Of a stretch of 40,009 nt of DNA, positions 27,316 through 36,910 are shown piece by piece. Position numbers and translations under genes: made by a program. The notes below the pieces were generated by a model. It did not search any database. It saw nothing but the letters and a program-made list of their open reading frames with translations, and had not been told where the DNA came from. This DNA is from a virus. Taxonomy: Duplodnaviria > Caudoviricetes. The stretch lies in IMG/VR virus record IMGVR_UViG_3300020045_014817, positions 1 through 40,009 of that record. The stretch is one strand, 5' to 3'. Each line of letters begins with the position of its first letter. The first letter of the stretch is position 1.

Positions 27316-27347
27316 AAAAAGCCTACTGAATATCAGTAGGCTTTTTT
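27315..27347. terminator. Bidirectional intrinsic terminator
   Basis: aaaaaagcctactga-ata-tcagtaggctttttt between convergent genes. Confidence 0.85.
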
Positions 27348-27593
27348 ATTTTTTAGTTCTTTTTGCTCTTTAATAATTTCTGCGATATGTTCTTTTAAGC
27401 CTGCTGTAAAAATGCCGCCTAAAAGTGCAATAGGCATTATCATAAAAATATCAAACGTTTTTGTTTCTTTAAAAACTATTATATGGAATAGTTCTAATGT
27501 AAAAAGAATAACGACTAACATGGTGTCTAAAATGACAAATGCAACAAATATGTAAAAGATTATTTGTACAATAATGTGGATTGATTTTAGCAT
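27333..27593 (-). CDS. Two-TM membrane protein (moron)
   Basis: Two long hydrophobic segments and a basic C-terminus. Confidence 0.7.
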   Translation of the reverse strand: MLKSIHIIVQIIFYIFVAFVILDTMLVVILFTLELFHIIVFKETKTFDIFMIMPIALLGGIFTAGLKEHIAEIIKEQKELKNKKAY

Positions 27594-27595
27594 GA

Positions 27596-27793
27596 TTATA
27601 AGATGTTTTGTTTTGAACGAACTATTTCACGTTTGCAAATCTTTACCATTTCGTCTTCATAGTCTTCTATGCTAAAATCAATACTATTATAAAAGGTTTG
27701 CTTTGCCTTTTTAATTTCTTCGTTATCCACAAGGCTTTTTAGTGAGCCATGAGCGGATACCTTTCCTGATTGCTTATTGATGTATATGTACAT
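27596..27793 (-). CDS. Small hypothetical protein (moron)
   Basis: 65 aa, preceded by its own promoter. Confidence 0.7.
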   Translation of the reverse strand: MYIYINKQSGKVSAHGSLKSLVDNEEIKKAKQTFYNSIDFSIEDYEDEMVKICKREIVRSKQNIL

Positions 27794-27847
27794 ATCTTTG
27801 CATGTCTTAAATTTTAAAAGAGAAGCCGTCCCCCCTTTTTGTTATAT

Positions 27848-27878
27848 CAAAGGTAGGTAAAAATATAATACGTATCAA
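27848..27878 (-). promoter_or_regulatory. Host-type sigma70 promoter TTG-N20-TACCTTTG
   Basis: Matches the Bacteroidota -33/-7 consensus (TAnnTTTG). Confidence 0.7.
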
Positions 27879-27920
27879 GAAAAACGGTAGATATTTTAAA
27901 AATATTTACCGTTTTTCTTG
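27876..27920 (-). terminator. Long inverted repeat ending the tail operon
   Basis: caagaaaaacggtagatatttt / aaaatatttaccgtttttcttg. Confidence 0.6.
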
Positions 27921-27942
27921 TTTTGCTGACAAAAGAAAGATT

Positions 27943-29817
27943 TCACCCATTATACCAACGATGCAGATAAATTTCTACTTCAAATTTTGTGTGGTATGGT
28001 TTGAATTTTACTCGGAAATCTCCTGCTATGTACCAAACGCCGTCAGCAAATATCTTTCTTTTGAATTTGAATGATACTAACTCTTGAAGGGTTAATAGCG
28101 TTGTGTACTTATATGGTTTTTCGTTTTTGAGGAAATTTATTTTTTGCTTGTGAAACTTGTCTAATAGGTTATTGGCTCCGTTGAGCGTTAAAGATACGTC
28201 GTTTGTTTTGTTGTCAGCCTTTTTGTTTTCCCAAAATAATAACCGCAATGGGCTTTTATTTTTGGATTGGTTGAAAAGTGGTGAAACGCCTGCCTGTGCT
28301 ATTTGCGGGATTTGGCGTACATTGTTTACAGTCTTTACGACCAGACTGGGGAATTTGAATTCTTTATTTTCGTAAGTTTCGGTGCTGGCTTCTACGGTTT
28401 CTTTGCTCGGATTAGGTAAAAATATTGCTTCGGTATCGGTTACGGTTTCATCACCTGAATCGGTTACAAATTTGTACTGAATTGGTTTTAGATCGATTAC
28501 TTCGGATTCGTGAGCGTATGATAATCTACCCGAAAGGTCTAAGAATTCGGGTTGGTTGATAACGTCATCGAAGAAATACATATCTATTGCTTTGGTTAGT
28601 GGATTGAATTCTATGCCTAAGCAAAATTCATCTACGAGAGCCTGAAAGAAATCTCCTAACTTAATTGGTGGCAAATGATTGGCGTAGGTAATTACTTCAT
28701 TATGTACATTGAAATTAACGGAGGTGTCAGGGCTTTGTTTGTCGGTTGAATAGAGATTGAATAGGATTAATTTCAATATTTCGGGATGCGTGATAAATGA
28801 ACCGTTGAAGGAATAACCCAAAATTTCAGAGAGTTTTTTGAATAACCATTTGAGTTTGATTTGGGGAATGATGGTTCGGCTACTCATGTAGGCGTCTGAA
28901 TTTAGGGCTATTTTACCGTCAATGACTTCATTGATAATACCGAAAAATTGCTTGTTTAGATCTGAATAGAATTTGAAATTTTTGATTTGTGGCAAACAAT
29001 AAATTTCATTGTCAATTTTGGGCGTATAGTATGTATCGGCGATGGTGGTATAGCTCATTTTTTGCATAGCTTTTGGATAACGCCCGTTTGCATTTCCTTC
29101 TAAGCTATCTCCAGCGATTAACGAAGCAAACTTGACCACTACGTTAGTAGCTTGATTGTCGAGCTTTACCGAAATCTTTTCTTCATTAATGGTAACTGAA
29201 CCTTGTAAAACGTCTATTTCTCCTTGTGATGTTGATAATCTTCTTTTTAGGTCGGCGTCGGTGGGGTTGAATCCTACACGTACATAACCCGTATAATTTG
29301 AGCGTGCGATTAGTGTATTATCGGCGTATATTTCCATCGAAACGTAATAATCTGCTGAAAAATACACGATAGTTTGGAGTAAATTGAAAGAGGCCCACGA
29401 CAATGTATAATAGAATGTTGAAAGTTTTTGAACCGTTGGAATACGCTCCGAGCCTAAATCTAATTCGTTTAGATTTTTGAACCATGTTTTTTGTGGAATA
29501 TTACCTGGTGTGAATTGGCAATTGACAAAGATTGTAACGCCTTGTCGGGTTTTTCGGGTATTTCTAATCCGTAAAGTTCCTTCACGCCACAAAAAAGACC
29601 CTAACCATAACTGTACGGGGAATTCACGGCGAACGTCTCCGCCAGATGTTGGGAGGTGTGGATTACCGAAATATGACAAATTCTTTTGTGTTCCTGGTAA
29701 CTCAAATGGCATGGTATTGTCACCGCTTAGTGGGTTGAAAAGCGGTGAACTACCGTTGAAATCTACGGTAGTATCGGGGTTGATGTCGAGTTCGGTATTT
29801 TGGGATATTAGTTTCAT
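27943..29817 (-). CDS. Tail tip/hub protein (putative)
   Basis: N-terminal LDINPDT.V.F...SPLF...TMPFELP.T.KN...FG.P pattern of Bacteroidota tail proteins; second gene after the tape measure. Confidence 0.7.
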   Translation of the reverse strand: MKLISQNTELDINPDTTVDFNGSSPLFNPLSGDNTMPFELPGTQKNLSYFGNPHLPTSGGDVRREFPVQLWLGSFLWREGTLRIRNTRKTRQGVTIFVNCQFTPGNIPQKTWFKNLNELDLGSERIPTVQKLSTFYYTLSWASFNLLQTIVYFSADYYVSMEIYADNTLIARSNYTGYVRVGFNPTDADLKRRLSTSQGEIDVLQGSVTINEEKISVKLDNQATNVVVKFASLIAGDSLEGNANGRYPKAMQKMSYTTIADTYYTPKIDNEIYCLPQIKNFKFYSDLNKQFFGIINEVIDGKIALNSDAYMSSRTIIPQIKLKWLFKKLSEILGYSFNGSFITHPEILKLILFNLYSTDKQSPDTSVNFNVHNEVITYANHLPPIKLGDFFQALVDEFCLGIEFNPLTKAIDMYFFDDVINQPEFLDLSGRLSYAHESEVIDLKPIQYKFVTDSGDETVTDTEAIFLPNPSKETVEASTETYENKEFKFPSLVVKTVNNVRQIPQIAQAGVSPLFNQSKNKSPLRLLFWENKKADNKTNDVSLTLNGANNLLDKFHKQKINFLKNEKPYKYTTLLTLQELVSFKFKRKIFADGVWYIAGDFRVKFKPYHTKFEVEIYLHRWYNG

Positions 29818-29824
29818 GGTCGGG

Positions 29825-29881
29825 GTGGCGAATAGGATTAATATATGTTTGGGGAGTGTGGCGAATGCTATTCGCCACTAC
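29825..29881 (-). repeat. REP-like GTAG palindrome with a duplicated arm
   Basis: - strand GTAG-TGGCGAAT-AGC-ATTCGCCAC at 29881-29858; extra arm CTATTCGCCAC at 29835-29825. Confidence 0.6.
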
Positions 29882-29882
29882 A

Positions 29883-30998
29883 TTAATATATATCTGTTTT
29901 GGCTTTTCTGAATTCAAAAACGGCGGTGTCAGTCGGTTTTGATGGGTCGTAAATCATGGATGATTTTGTTTTTTTGGATAACAAAATATTGCCTGCTTCG
30001 GTAAGCAAATAGACTTCTGGGGAGGTCATCAATTCAAAGTTTAGGAAACGTAATTCGCTGGCTGAAATTTCTCCTGTATTGAATGTATAGACTTCGTTGC
30101 CTTGGGTTGCGTAGTCAATCAGAATGTTAGACGCATCAAAATTTTGATGTTCGTATTCGTAATTAATGGCGGTTTCTCCCGTGCATCTCAATGTCTCGAA
30201 AAGTCCGTACAGATTGCGAAACATGAGATAGGTTACACGTTCGGGATTTATACGGTCGACTATGTAAGTTTGGGCCGTGTTTACCCTTGCGTTATCGCTT
30301 TGTGTGAAATAGGCTTGATAGTATTCTATAGTTTCGGGGGTTGGGAGTTTTGATAGTGTTACATTCCCCGAAATAAGGTCGTAAGGACTTAATTGCTCGA
30401 TGGTGGCAAGGGTGACGGTTTCGGTATCTCCGTTTTTTCTACGGATTAATACTTTTAGATTTAATTCTGTGGGTGTGTCTTCGAGGGTGTTGAGGTAATA
30501 GATATATTGTGGACAGTACATATCCGTCAAAATTCCGTGATTTCGATTTGTCAGACAGGTTTGAAAAGCATCGTAATTTGACTTATAGAAATTCCATTCT
30601 TCTTTCAGATACCAAGACGGCACTTTGGCATTAATGAATACCAGAGGGTCAGAAATGTACGGATTTTTGTCCGCTCCGATGGTGATAACGGTTAGTTGGC
30701 GAGCATAATAAGCGTGTCTGGAAATTCCATTTTCTGGAAGATATAGCGGTAATACTTGATTGAAAACGGGGTTATTCGCTAAAATATCGGAAAGATTATA
30801 ATTGAATCCCTTCACGCCACCGTTTGCAGAGATAAGCGGATAATCTTGATTAAGTACGAGTAAGTCTTCATCAATTTTTTTGATGGTGGCTTGTCTGTAC
30901 GTGTCTGGACTACCGAGTCCGCCTTCTTGGAAGAAGTACGGACTGCGGGCAAAATATACGGGGAAATGTGGGTTCGGGTTTTGAGTGCTGTTGATCAT
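29883..30998 (-). CDS. Distal/minor tail protein (putative)
   Basis: YLMFRNLYGLFETLRCTG...FNTG...LMTSPEVY pattern; ATGA-coupled to the tape measure gene. Confidence 0.7.
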   Translation of the reverse strand: MINSTQNPNPHFPVYFARSPYFFQEGGLGSPDTYRQATIKKIDEDLLVLNQDYPLISANGGVKGFNYNLSDILANNPVFNQVLPLYLPENGISRHAYYARQLTVITIGADKNPYISDPLVFINAKVPSWYLKEEWNFYKSNYDAFQTCLTNRNHGILTDMYCPQYIYYLNTLEDTPTELNLKVLIRRKNGDTETVTLATIEQLSPYDLISGNVTLSKLPTPETIEYYQAYFTQSDNARVNTAQTYIVDRINPERVTYLMFRNLYGLFETLRCTGETAINYEYEHQNFDASNILIDYATQGNEVYTFNTGEISASELRFLNFELMTSPEVYLLTEAGNILLSKKTKSSMIYDPSKPTDTAVFEFRKAKTDIY

Positions 30999-33900
30999 GA
31001 TGCTGATATGGCTGATGATTTAGTTTTAATTTCCTTTGCTTCGTTGGCAGTATCCAAAATGTCTTCGGCGGTTTTGTGACCGATACTGAGCTTTACGGGT
31101 ACGGGTACTTTTAGTTGTTCACGGAGTTCGTTTATTACGGTTACGGCGTTGTTTAGTACCATCACGACTTCTGGCGGAATATTAGTGTTATTTGCGGTTT
31201 GGAAAGTGTTATTTCCAAATGAATTAGCACGTTCATAAACTCCGCTTTGGTTCTTTTGCATCTGAATAACGAGCGGTTGAACGTTGGGCGTGCGTAAATT
31301 TGGAGTTGCCATATTACCTGACCATAGCCGTTTGAAAGCTTTGTAGGCTGGTAGTTCTTCGGAAGGAACGACGCCTTCATTGGGGTGTAACATTGCCCAA
31401 AATCCACCCTTGCCGTCATTGGCTTGCGGATATTTTTTACCGTCTCCTGTATCTTCAATACCCTGTTCAAATTCGGGAATTGGTTGTGCGGCTATCGAGG
31501 CGGCTTGCACTAATCCTGTACCAACAATCCACGGGATTAACCACGGTGTTAAAGAAGCCTTTGCAACATTTACAGCGGTGGAAATACCAATATCTAAGAT
31601 TGCTTTTGCTTTATCAAATATGGCTTGTCGACGTTTTAGCTCACGAACTTTTGCATCATGTTTTTCCTGTAATTGAAGGGATTTTGCATCGTGTTCGGCC
31701 TGTGAAATTTCATTATTTGCTAATCTTTGATCGTTGAGTTGAACTAATCTTTGATATTTACGGTCTTCTGCTGAAAGTTCGGAGTCGATACCAGAACGCA
31801 AGAAATTGAACACTGTATTTTCTATTTCTTGCGATGTTACTTGAGCGAAATTCCTTTTGACATCGGCGAGGTCTTCTTCTTTTTTCTTTTCACGATCCTG
31901 ACGTTCTTTTATTTGGCGTTCATCGTCTTTTTCTCTTGCATCTTCATAACCTTTGATAAGTTTATCCTTTTCTTTTTCTCCTGTTTTGACGGCATCAATT
32001 GTTATTTTAGCTCTTTGAGCTGCATATTTGGCATGAATTGCATTGTGGTCTAATTCACCAGCGTTGAAGATTGCTAATTTTTCTTCTACGATATTTACCG
32101 CCAATTTATTTTCAAGAATTTCTTCATCAGTGCCAAATAATTCCGCACTTTGAAGCCTTGCTTCAGCTACCATTTTAGCGGATTCGAGAGCAGCTTGGCT
32201 TTCTTTTTTTAGCTTTTCGGTATTGGCTTTGGTTTCTTTGTCTTTGGTTTCTTTATCGATCTTTAGAATTCCATTGTCAAACTTTTTCTTTTGCGAAGCT
32301 GAAAGAGCGTTGAAATCTTCGATGGTGATTTCTTTATCTTTCAGTTGTTTACGCAAAGCGTTCATTTCATGGTCATAATCGTTTTGCAATTGTGTCCGTT
32401 TGCGTAAATCTTCGTTCTCGATTAAGTCTGCATTATTTTTGGCAATGGTTTCATTAGCTTTAATATGGTTTTCTATGCGTTTTTGGAGAAGTGAGGCGGC
32501 TTTATTGGCTTCTGGGCTACTTTTTCCTTTTTTATCATCAGCTTTCTCGCTTCCTTCTTTTAATTCTTTTTGAGTTTGAATCCTTTGCCTTTCATTTTTT
32601 TGAAGCCTTTGTTCTTCGATACGAGCGAACTTATACTTCTCTTCAAAATATTTCTTTTCATTAAGAATATTTTGAATAGTTTCAGCGTCAGCATTATTTC
32701 TGCGAGCTTTCAAATATCTATCCATTACCTCATTAATTCCTGCCTGAGACTGGGACACAACGGATTTAAGTCCTTTCAGTTGTTTGGCAAGTAATGGTTC
32801 GTTTTTGCCACCTGCCTTTTCATATTCAGAAACAACTTTTCTTGCATCTGCTTGAGCCGTTTGAGCTTGCTTTTTATACTCTTCTTCAATCTTTTTTCTT
32901 GCTTTAACATCTCCATAACCTGTAACAGTCATGGTGTCAAGATTCAAATTGAAATAACGTAGATAATTAAGGGTTTCAACGCCCAATCTTGTTATTTTGC
33001 GAAACAATCCTTCATATTTTTTTCCAAAATCTTCAAAAATACCATCCCAAACGTGACTGAACGATTCGGCATCTTGGTCAAGCGTATCCATCTGTTTGTG
33101 AAATTGGGATACTACTTCATTTGTACCCGAAACGGCGTGCGTTAAGCGTTCAACTTCAGTTCTATTTTTGATAACAGTAAGTGCTGCGACTTCATTTTCC
33201 TTGCCAAATAGTTTAATGAGTTCCTGCGGAGACAGTTTCGATAAATTATCAAGGGATGTGCCTAATCCTACAATTGCAGGATTAAGATTCTGATTAGTTT
33301 GAGCGGTCAATGTCATGAAAATATTTCTCAAGGCAGTACCAGCTTCACCCCCTAAAATCATTTTTTTTGCTAATACCTGAACGAGAGCATTACCCTGCTC
33401 AAATGAAATATTGTTTTCTGCTAATACGGTACCAGATGCTTTGAATGATTCTGCAACCTGATTAATTGTTGCTGAACCTTCTTTTGCAGAAGCTGCCAAT
33501 ACGTTAGCGTAACGGTGTGATTGGTCGGCTGATTCATTGAACTGATTGAGTGAGCCAGCAACTGCAATTCCTGCATCTGCTACGGATAACAAGCCATCCG
33601 CACCCGCTAAAAGCATGGCATCTTCCGTAACAAGGGTTAGGGCTTTGCTATTTTGCATTAATTCGGGACGAATTGATCCGATTTCTTGAATAGATTCTAA
33701 CACGGCAGGAGTTGCTTTATTGAAAGCATCTCCCATTTGGGTGGCAGTATTTGAGAGTTCTTTTAATGCTACGGAGTTTGTTTCTAAACCTAATCTTGCG
33801 GCAGTTGCTCCAGTTGCTTTAGACAATTCTCTTTGTTTTTCGTAAGATTTCCCGATTGCGGCGGTGATTGCCTCAATACCTTTTTCGAGGATTGCCAATT

Positions 33901-34381
33901 GTGCTATTTTGGATGTTACTCCTCCGATAACACCATCTACTACACTACCCATGTCCATGCTTGGCTTAACCGAATCTAAAGCAGACTTTGTGTTTTTGAT
34001 TTTATCTGAACGCTCCGTTAATGCTTTATTGGTATCAAGAATTTCTTTGCGTATTCGTTCTTCTTCCTTGGCGTAGTCGGCAGCGGCGGGGCGTAGATTT
34101 TTATATTCACGAACTAAGCGGGCTACATTGCCTTTTAGTTCATTCATAGACATTCCAGAAGTACCCAAAGATTGATATTGTTCTTTGAGGAGTTTATTGT
34201 TTTCGGCAATTTGGGCGTTTAGTTTATCACGGTCGGCTTTGTTGGCTTTCGTTTTTTTGCCCATCTGCTCAATTTCATTATTGAGGTTTTTATTGGCGAG
34301 TGTCAATTGTTGAATCCTGGTCATGGATTGGGCAATTTCTACCTCTGTTTTAATCAGGATTCTTTCTTCAGATTGTGCCAT
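30995..34381 (-). CDS. Tail tape measure protein (TP901-type core)
   Basis: LNQF...ANVLAA.AKEG.A....AE...G...GGEAGTALRNIF...L..LFGKE core; long coiled coils; 1128 aa. Confidence 0.95.
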   Translation of the reverse strand: MAQSEERILIKTEVEIAQSMTRIQQLTLANKNLNNEIEQMGKKTKANKADRDKLNAQIAENNKLLKEQYQSLGTSGMSMNELKGNVARLVREYKNLRPAAADYAKEEERIRKEILDTNKALTERSDKIKNTKSALDSVKPSMDMGSVVDGVIGGVTSKIAQLAILEKGIEAITAAIGKSYEKQRELSKATGATAARLGLETNSVALKELSNTATQMGDAFNKATPAVLESIQEIGSIRPELMQNSKALTLVTEDAMLLAGADGLLSVADAGIAVAGSLNQFNESADQSHRYANVLAASAKEGSATINQVAESFKASGTVLAENNISFEQGNALVQVLAKKMILGGEAGTALRNIFMTLTAQTNQNLNPAIVGLGTSLDNLSKLSPQELIKLFGKENEVAALTVIKNRTEVERLTHAVSGTNEVVSQFHKQMDTLDQDAESFSHVWDGIFEDFGKKYEGLFRKITRLGVETLNYLRYFNLNLDTMTVTGYGDVKARKKIEEEYKKQAQTAQADARKVVSEYEKAGGKNEPLLAKQLKGLKSVVSQSQAGINEVMDRYLKARRNNADAETIQNILNEKKYFEEKYKFARIEEQRLQKNERQRIQTQKELKEGSEKADDKKGKSSPEANKAASLLQKRIENHIKANETIAKNNADLIENEDLRKRTQLQNDYDHEMNALRKQLKDKEITIEDFNALSASQKKKFDNGILKIDKETKDKETKANTEKLKKESQAALESAKMVAEARLQSAELFGTDEEILENKLAVNIVEEKLAIFNAGELDHNAIHAKYAAQRAKITIDAVKTGEKEKDKLIKGYEDAREKDDERQIKERQDREKKKEEDLADVKRNFAQVTSQEIENTVFNFLRSGIDSELSAEDRKYQRLVQLNDQRLANNEISQAEHDAKSLQLQEKHDAKVRELKRRQAIFDKAKAILDIGISTAVNVAKASLTPWLIPWIVGTGLVQAASIAAQPIPEFEQGIEDTGDGKKYPQANDGKGGFWAMLHPNEGVVPSEELPAYKAFKRLWSGNMATPNLRTPNVQPLVIQMQKNQSGVYERANSFGNNTFQTANNTNIPPEVVMVLNNAVTVINELREQLKVPVPVKLSIGHKTAEDILDTANEAKEIKTKSSAISAS

Positions 34382-34790
34382 TTGCTACGATATTTACAGT
34401 GAAAGATTTAGTGGTTTGTTCTACTATTTCGGCTTTGCCAATTTTTCGGATACTTGAAATCATCGACATAATGTGTTGATAGATAACAGGTTTCCGTTTG
34501 CGAGAGGTGGTGTATTTGGCAAGATTGGATTCGTAAGATTTGCGAGATAGGGATTGGCCTTTCTGCATTTCCTTGGTGGTTCCACGGCCAACGCCCATTG
34601 TCGTCCAGCGGAGTCCTTCCCGAAAATCAAAAACTATGGAATAGTCGTAGGTTGATTTTTTGGTGATGGTAATATTTACGGTTTCGGAAGTGCTGGTTTC
34701 GACGTTGTATTTTTTGATGGAGCGTGCAACTTTGAACTGTACAGCTTTAGCCAGTTTGTTAATTTGGTCGTCAAGATTGAAGTTTTCCAT
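34368..34790 (-). CDS. Putative tail completion/neck protein
   Basis: Basic 140 aa with F...LRW..MGVGRG...RKRKP. Confidence 0.55.
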   Translation of the reverse strand: MENFNLDDQINKLAKAVQFKVARSIKKYNVETSTSETVNITITKKSTYDYSIVFDFREGLRWTTMGVGRGTTKEMQKGQSLSRKSYESNLAKYTTSRKRKPVIYQHIMSMISSIRKIGKAEIVEQTTKSFTVNIVANGTI

Positions 34791-34793
34791 AGA

Positions 34794-34828
34794 CGAAAAT
34801 AATGCTATGGATTATCTGATTAAAGGAC
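34794..34828 (-). promoter_or_regulatory. Putative late promoter P3 GTCCTTT-N20-TATTTTCG, 3 nt before ATG
   Basis: Same motif and spacing; follows the lysis-operon terminator. Confidence 0.75.
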
Positions 34829-34841
34829 AGAAGCGATAACG

Positions 34842-34874
34842 AAAAACCCTACTGATTAAATCGGTAGGGTTTTT
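34842..34874 (-). terminator. Terminator after holin
   Basis: aaaaaccctactga-ttaaa-tcggtagggttttt. Confidence 0.8.
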
Positions 34875-34914
34875 ATTTTCTTCAAAACAATCTAAAAAAT
34901 AATATGGCGAAATA

Positions 34915-35334
34915 TTATTTTGGTGAATTGGGAAAGAAGGTTTTAATTTTTTCCCAAATGTCAATGCCTGTGATGGTGTGGATATTTTCGGATAGAGATT
35001 TTAGTTCTATCATCACTATAAATAACGATACTCCGTAAGATACTTTTAGGTCTAAGTCGGCAAAGAATGTGAGTTTAATTTTTTCACAAATGACGATTAA
35101 GAGGGCATATATTAGGATTTTTACGGCGGTGCGTCGGAATCCGTTGCTCGTAATGGCTTCGCCTCTTTTTTGTGCTGCTTGTATGCCTGTGATGAGGTCA
35201 GCGAGCATGAGTAATCCGATTACGAGAATAAAGTCTGAAATGGGGGCGAAAAATTGCAAGACTGAACCTACGATGAGGTAAAAAGCGGCTTTCCAAGATG
35301 GAGCAAGGAGTAATTTTTGAAGTAATGCGTTCAT
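34915..35334 (-). CDS. Holin (Phage_holin_4_1-type)
   Basis: TM segments with DLITGI.AA.KRGE.ITS.GFRRT..K...Y...ELKSL.EN. Confidence 0.9.
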   Translation of the reverse strand: MNALLQKLLLAPSWKAAFYLIVGSVLQFFAPISDFILVIGLLMLADLITGIQAAQKRGEAITSNGFRRTAVKILIYALLIVICEKIKLTFFADLDLKVSYGVSLFIVMIELKSLSENIHTITGIDIWEKIKTFFPNSPK

Positions 35335-35358
35335 GTGATTTTAGTGGATTAGGGTTGT

Positions 35359-35808
35359 TTACTGTCTTTTTTGAAATGCAAAGTGGATGATAATGAATGA
35401 TAATATACAGCCGATGGACACCAAAAAGGCTTCTTTGTACCAATTAGCTACGCCCCATGTGGTGATTTGTTGGGGTGCTTTTAGGGTTACGGTTTCGGAC
35501 TTGGAGGCGGAGTCGCAATCTGCTTTTACGGTTACTACTCTATCTCGGTACTGTACTTTTATGGTGGCACGGCCTTGGCGTACTTCGTCGTAAAATGGGA
35601 TGGTGTCATTTATGAAACTATACCTTACTGAATCTTTTGGGATTTTAAGGATAACTTCTTTTGAAATACGGATAGTATCTGTCACGGTTTTTGCGTAACG
35701 GTTTTTAGCCTTACGGAAGCTCATGCAGGAATTAAGCATAAGGGCTATTAATAATGCGAAAATTATTAATAGTGTTTTGGCGATGATGTTTGCGGTAGCG
35801 TATTTCAT
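35359..35808 (-). CDS. Unimolecular spanin (putative)
   Basis: Lipobox LMLNS|C, beta-rich middle, C-terminal TM; between endolysin and holin. Confidence 0.7.
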   Translation of the reverse strand: MKYATANIIAKTLLIIFALLIALMLNSCMSFRKAKNRYAKTVTDTIRISKEVILKIPKDSVRYSFINDTIPFYDEVRQGRATIKVQYRDRVVTVKADCDSASKSETVTLKAPQQITTWGVANWYKEAFLVSIGCILSFIIIHFAFQKRQ

Positions 35809-35814
35809 TATGTA

Positions 35815-36405
35815 TTATTTATGTTCTGTGAGATTAAGCGCTAAAAACTTTTCATAAGATTTCTTTAGCTTAACATCATAGTTGTTTTTCTTAAATGATT
35901 TTCCATTGTAGTAATAGGCAAAACGCTCCCAATTTCTTTCTCTTAATTCATCATCTAATTTTTTGGTGATGATAAATTCACAAAACCCTAAAAGCTGTTC
36001 TCTTTCTCCTTTTTTGAAAGAATCTACCATATCACCGACGTTATCAAAATTACAAGCTCCGAAATTGAAGCCCATTATTTGGAAGGCTCCCCACGATGTT
36101 GACATCATGGCGGCCAATGGGTTGAGTCTGAACGCTTGATTAAAACGGTCGTATTCTAATTCACCACCTAAAGACAGTTTTATATTGGCTTCTTTGGTTG
36201 ATAAATTAGGGAATGTTTTGTCGTATTCTCCGTTGGTATAGTGCGAAAACCAATGAGATTCAAAGCGAATTTTTATTCTACCTGAAGGGAGAAAACCGTC
36301 ACCAGAAGATTCTACCTCATGCACTGCACGAATTGCAGAAACATTACACTTTAGCAATTGTCCTGCTTTGATGAAGTCATTGATATTTAGAAGTTTAGTG
36401 TCCAT
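35815..36405 (-). CDS. Endolysin, N-acetylmuramidase (DUF3380 family)
   Basis: AVHEVESSGDGF...IRFESHWF...STSWGAFQIMGFN...WERFAYYYNG..F.KN.YD.KL. Confidence 0.95.
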   Translation of the reverse strand: MDTKLLNINDFIKAGQLLKCNVSAIRAVHEVESSGDGFLPSGRIKIRFESHWFSHYTNGEYDKTFPNLSTKEANIKLSLGGELEYDRFNQAFRLNPLAAMMSTSWGAFQIMGFNFGACNFDNVGDMVDSFKKGEREQLLGFCEFIITKKLDDELRERNWERFAYYYNGKSFKKNNYDVKLKKSYEKFLALNLTEHK

Positions 36406-36409
36406 GTTA

Positions 36410-36910
36410 TTACTGCCAAACGTCAGTGTCTAAGTATGCTTGGTAATTTATTTGTTCACGGAGGGTAAAGGATAGTTCTACGCCTGCGGAGTGGTCGGAT
36501 AGTCCTTTTAGTTTTTCGATGCGGAAAGGTTGCGGGGCAATCTTTATTTTGTCGAATAGGAATATGCCGTTTTGTTGTTGCAATTCTTTGAAATAAGCCC
36601 ACAATTTGATGGCTATGTTTTGGGCTTCATTAATGGTGTTATCAATTTGCAATTGGGTATTATCGGTAGCTTTGATAATTAGAATCGAAGATTGATAATT
36701 GAGTTCGTCAGTTCCTTGTACGGATGGAATTGATAGTTCTGGCCGTGCTGGAAGAAAACAGAAATTAAGCAAATCAAGATTAAACATTGTGAGGTCGGAC
36801 AGATGTTCGGGGTCGTATGGATTGCAACGATTAAACCCATTTGAGGGGTCGTGACCTATTTTTTCGCTGGCGATTCCTTCTATGAAGTTGTTATATTGTT
36901 GGTCGGTCAT
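36410..36910 (-). CDS. Putative tail terminator-like protein
   Basis: Acidic 166 aa ending GVELSFTL...DTDVWQ; positional call. Confidence 0.5.
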   Translation of the reverse strand: MTDQQYNNFIEGIASEKIGHDPSNGFNRCNPYDPEHLSDLTMFNLDLLNFCFLPARPELSIPSVQGTDELNYQSSILIIKATDNTQLQIDNTINEAQNIAIKLWAYFKELQQQNGIFLFDKIKIAPQPFRIEKLKGLSDHSAGVELSFTLREQINYQAYLDTDVWQ

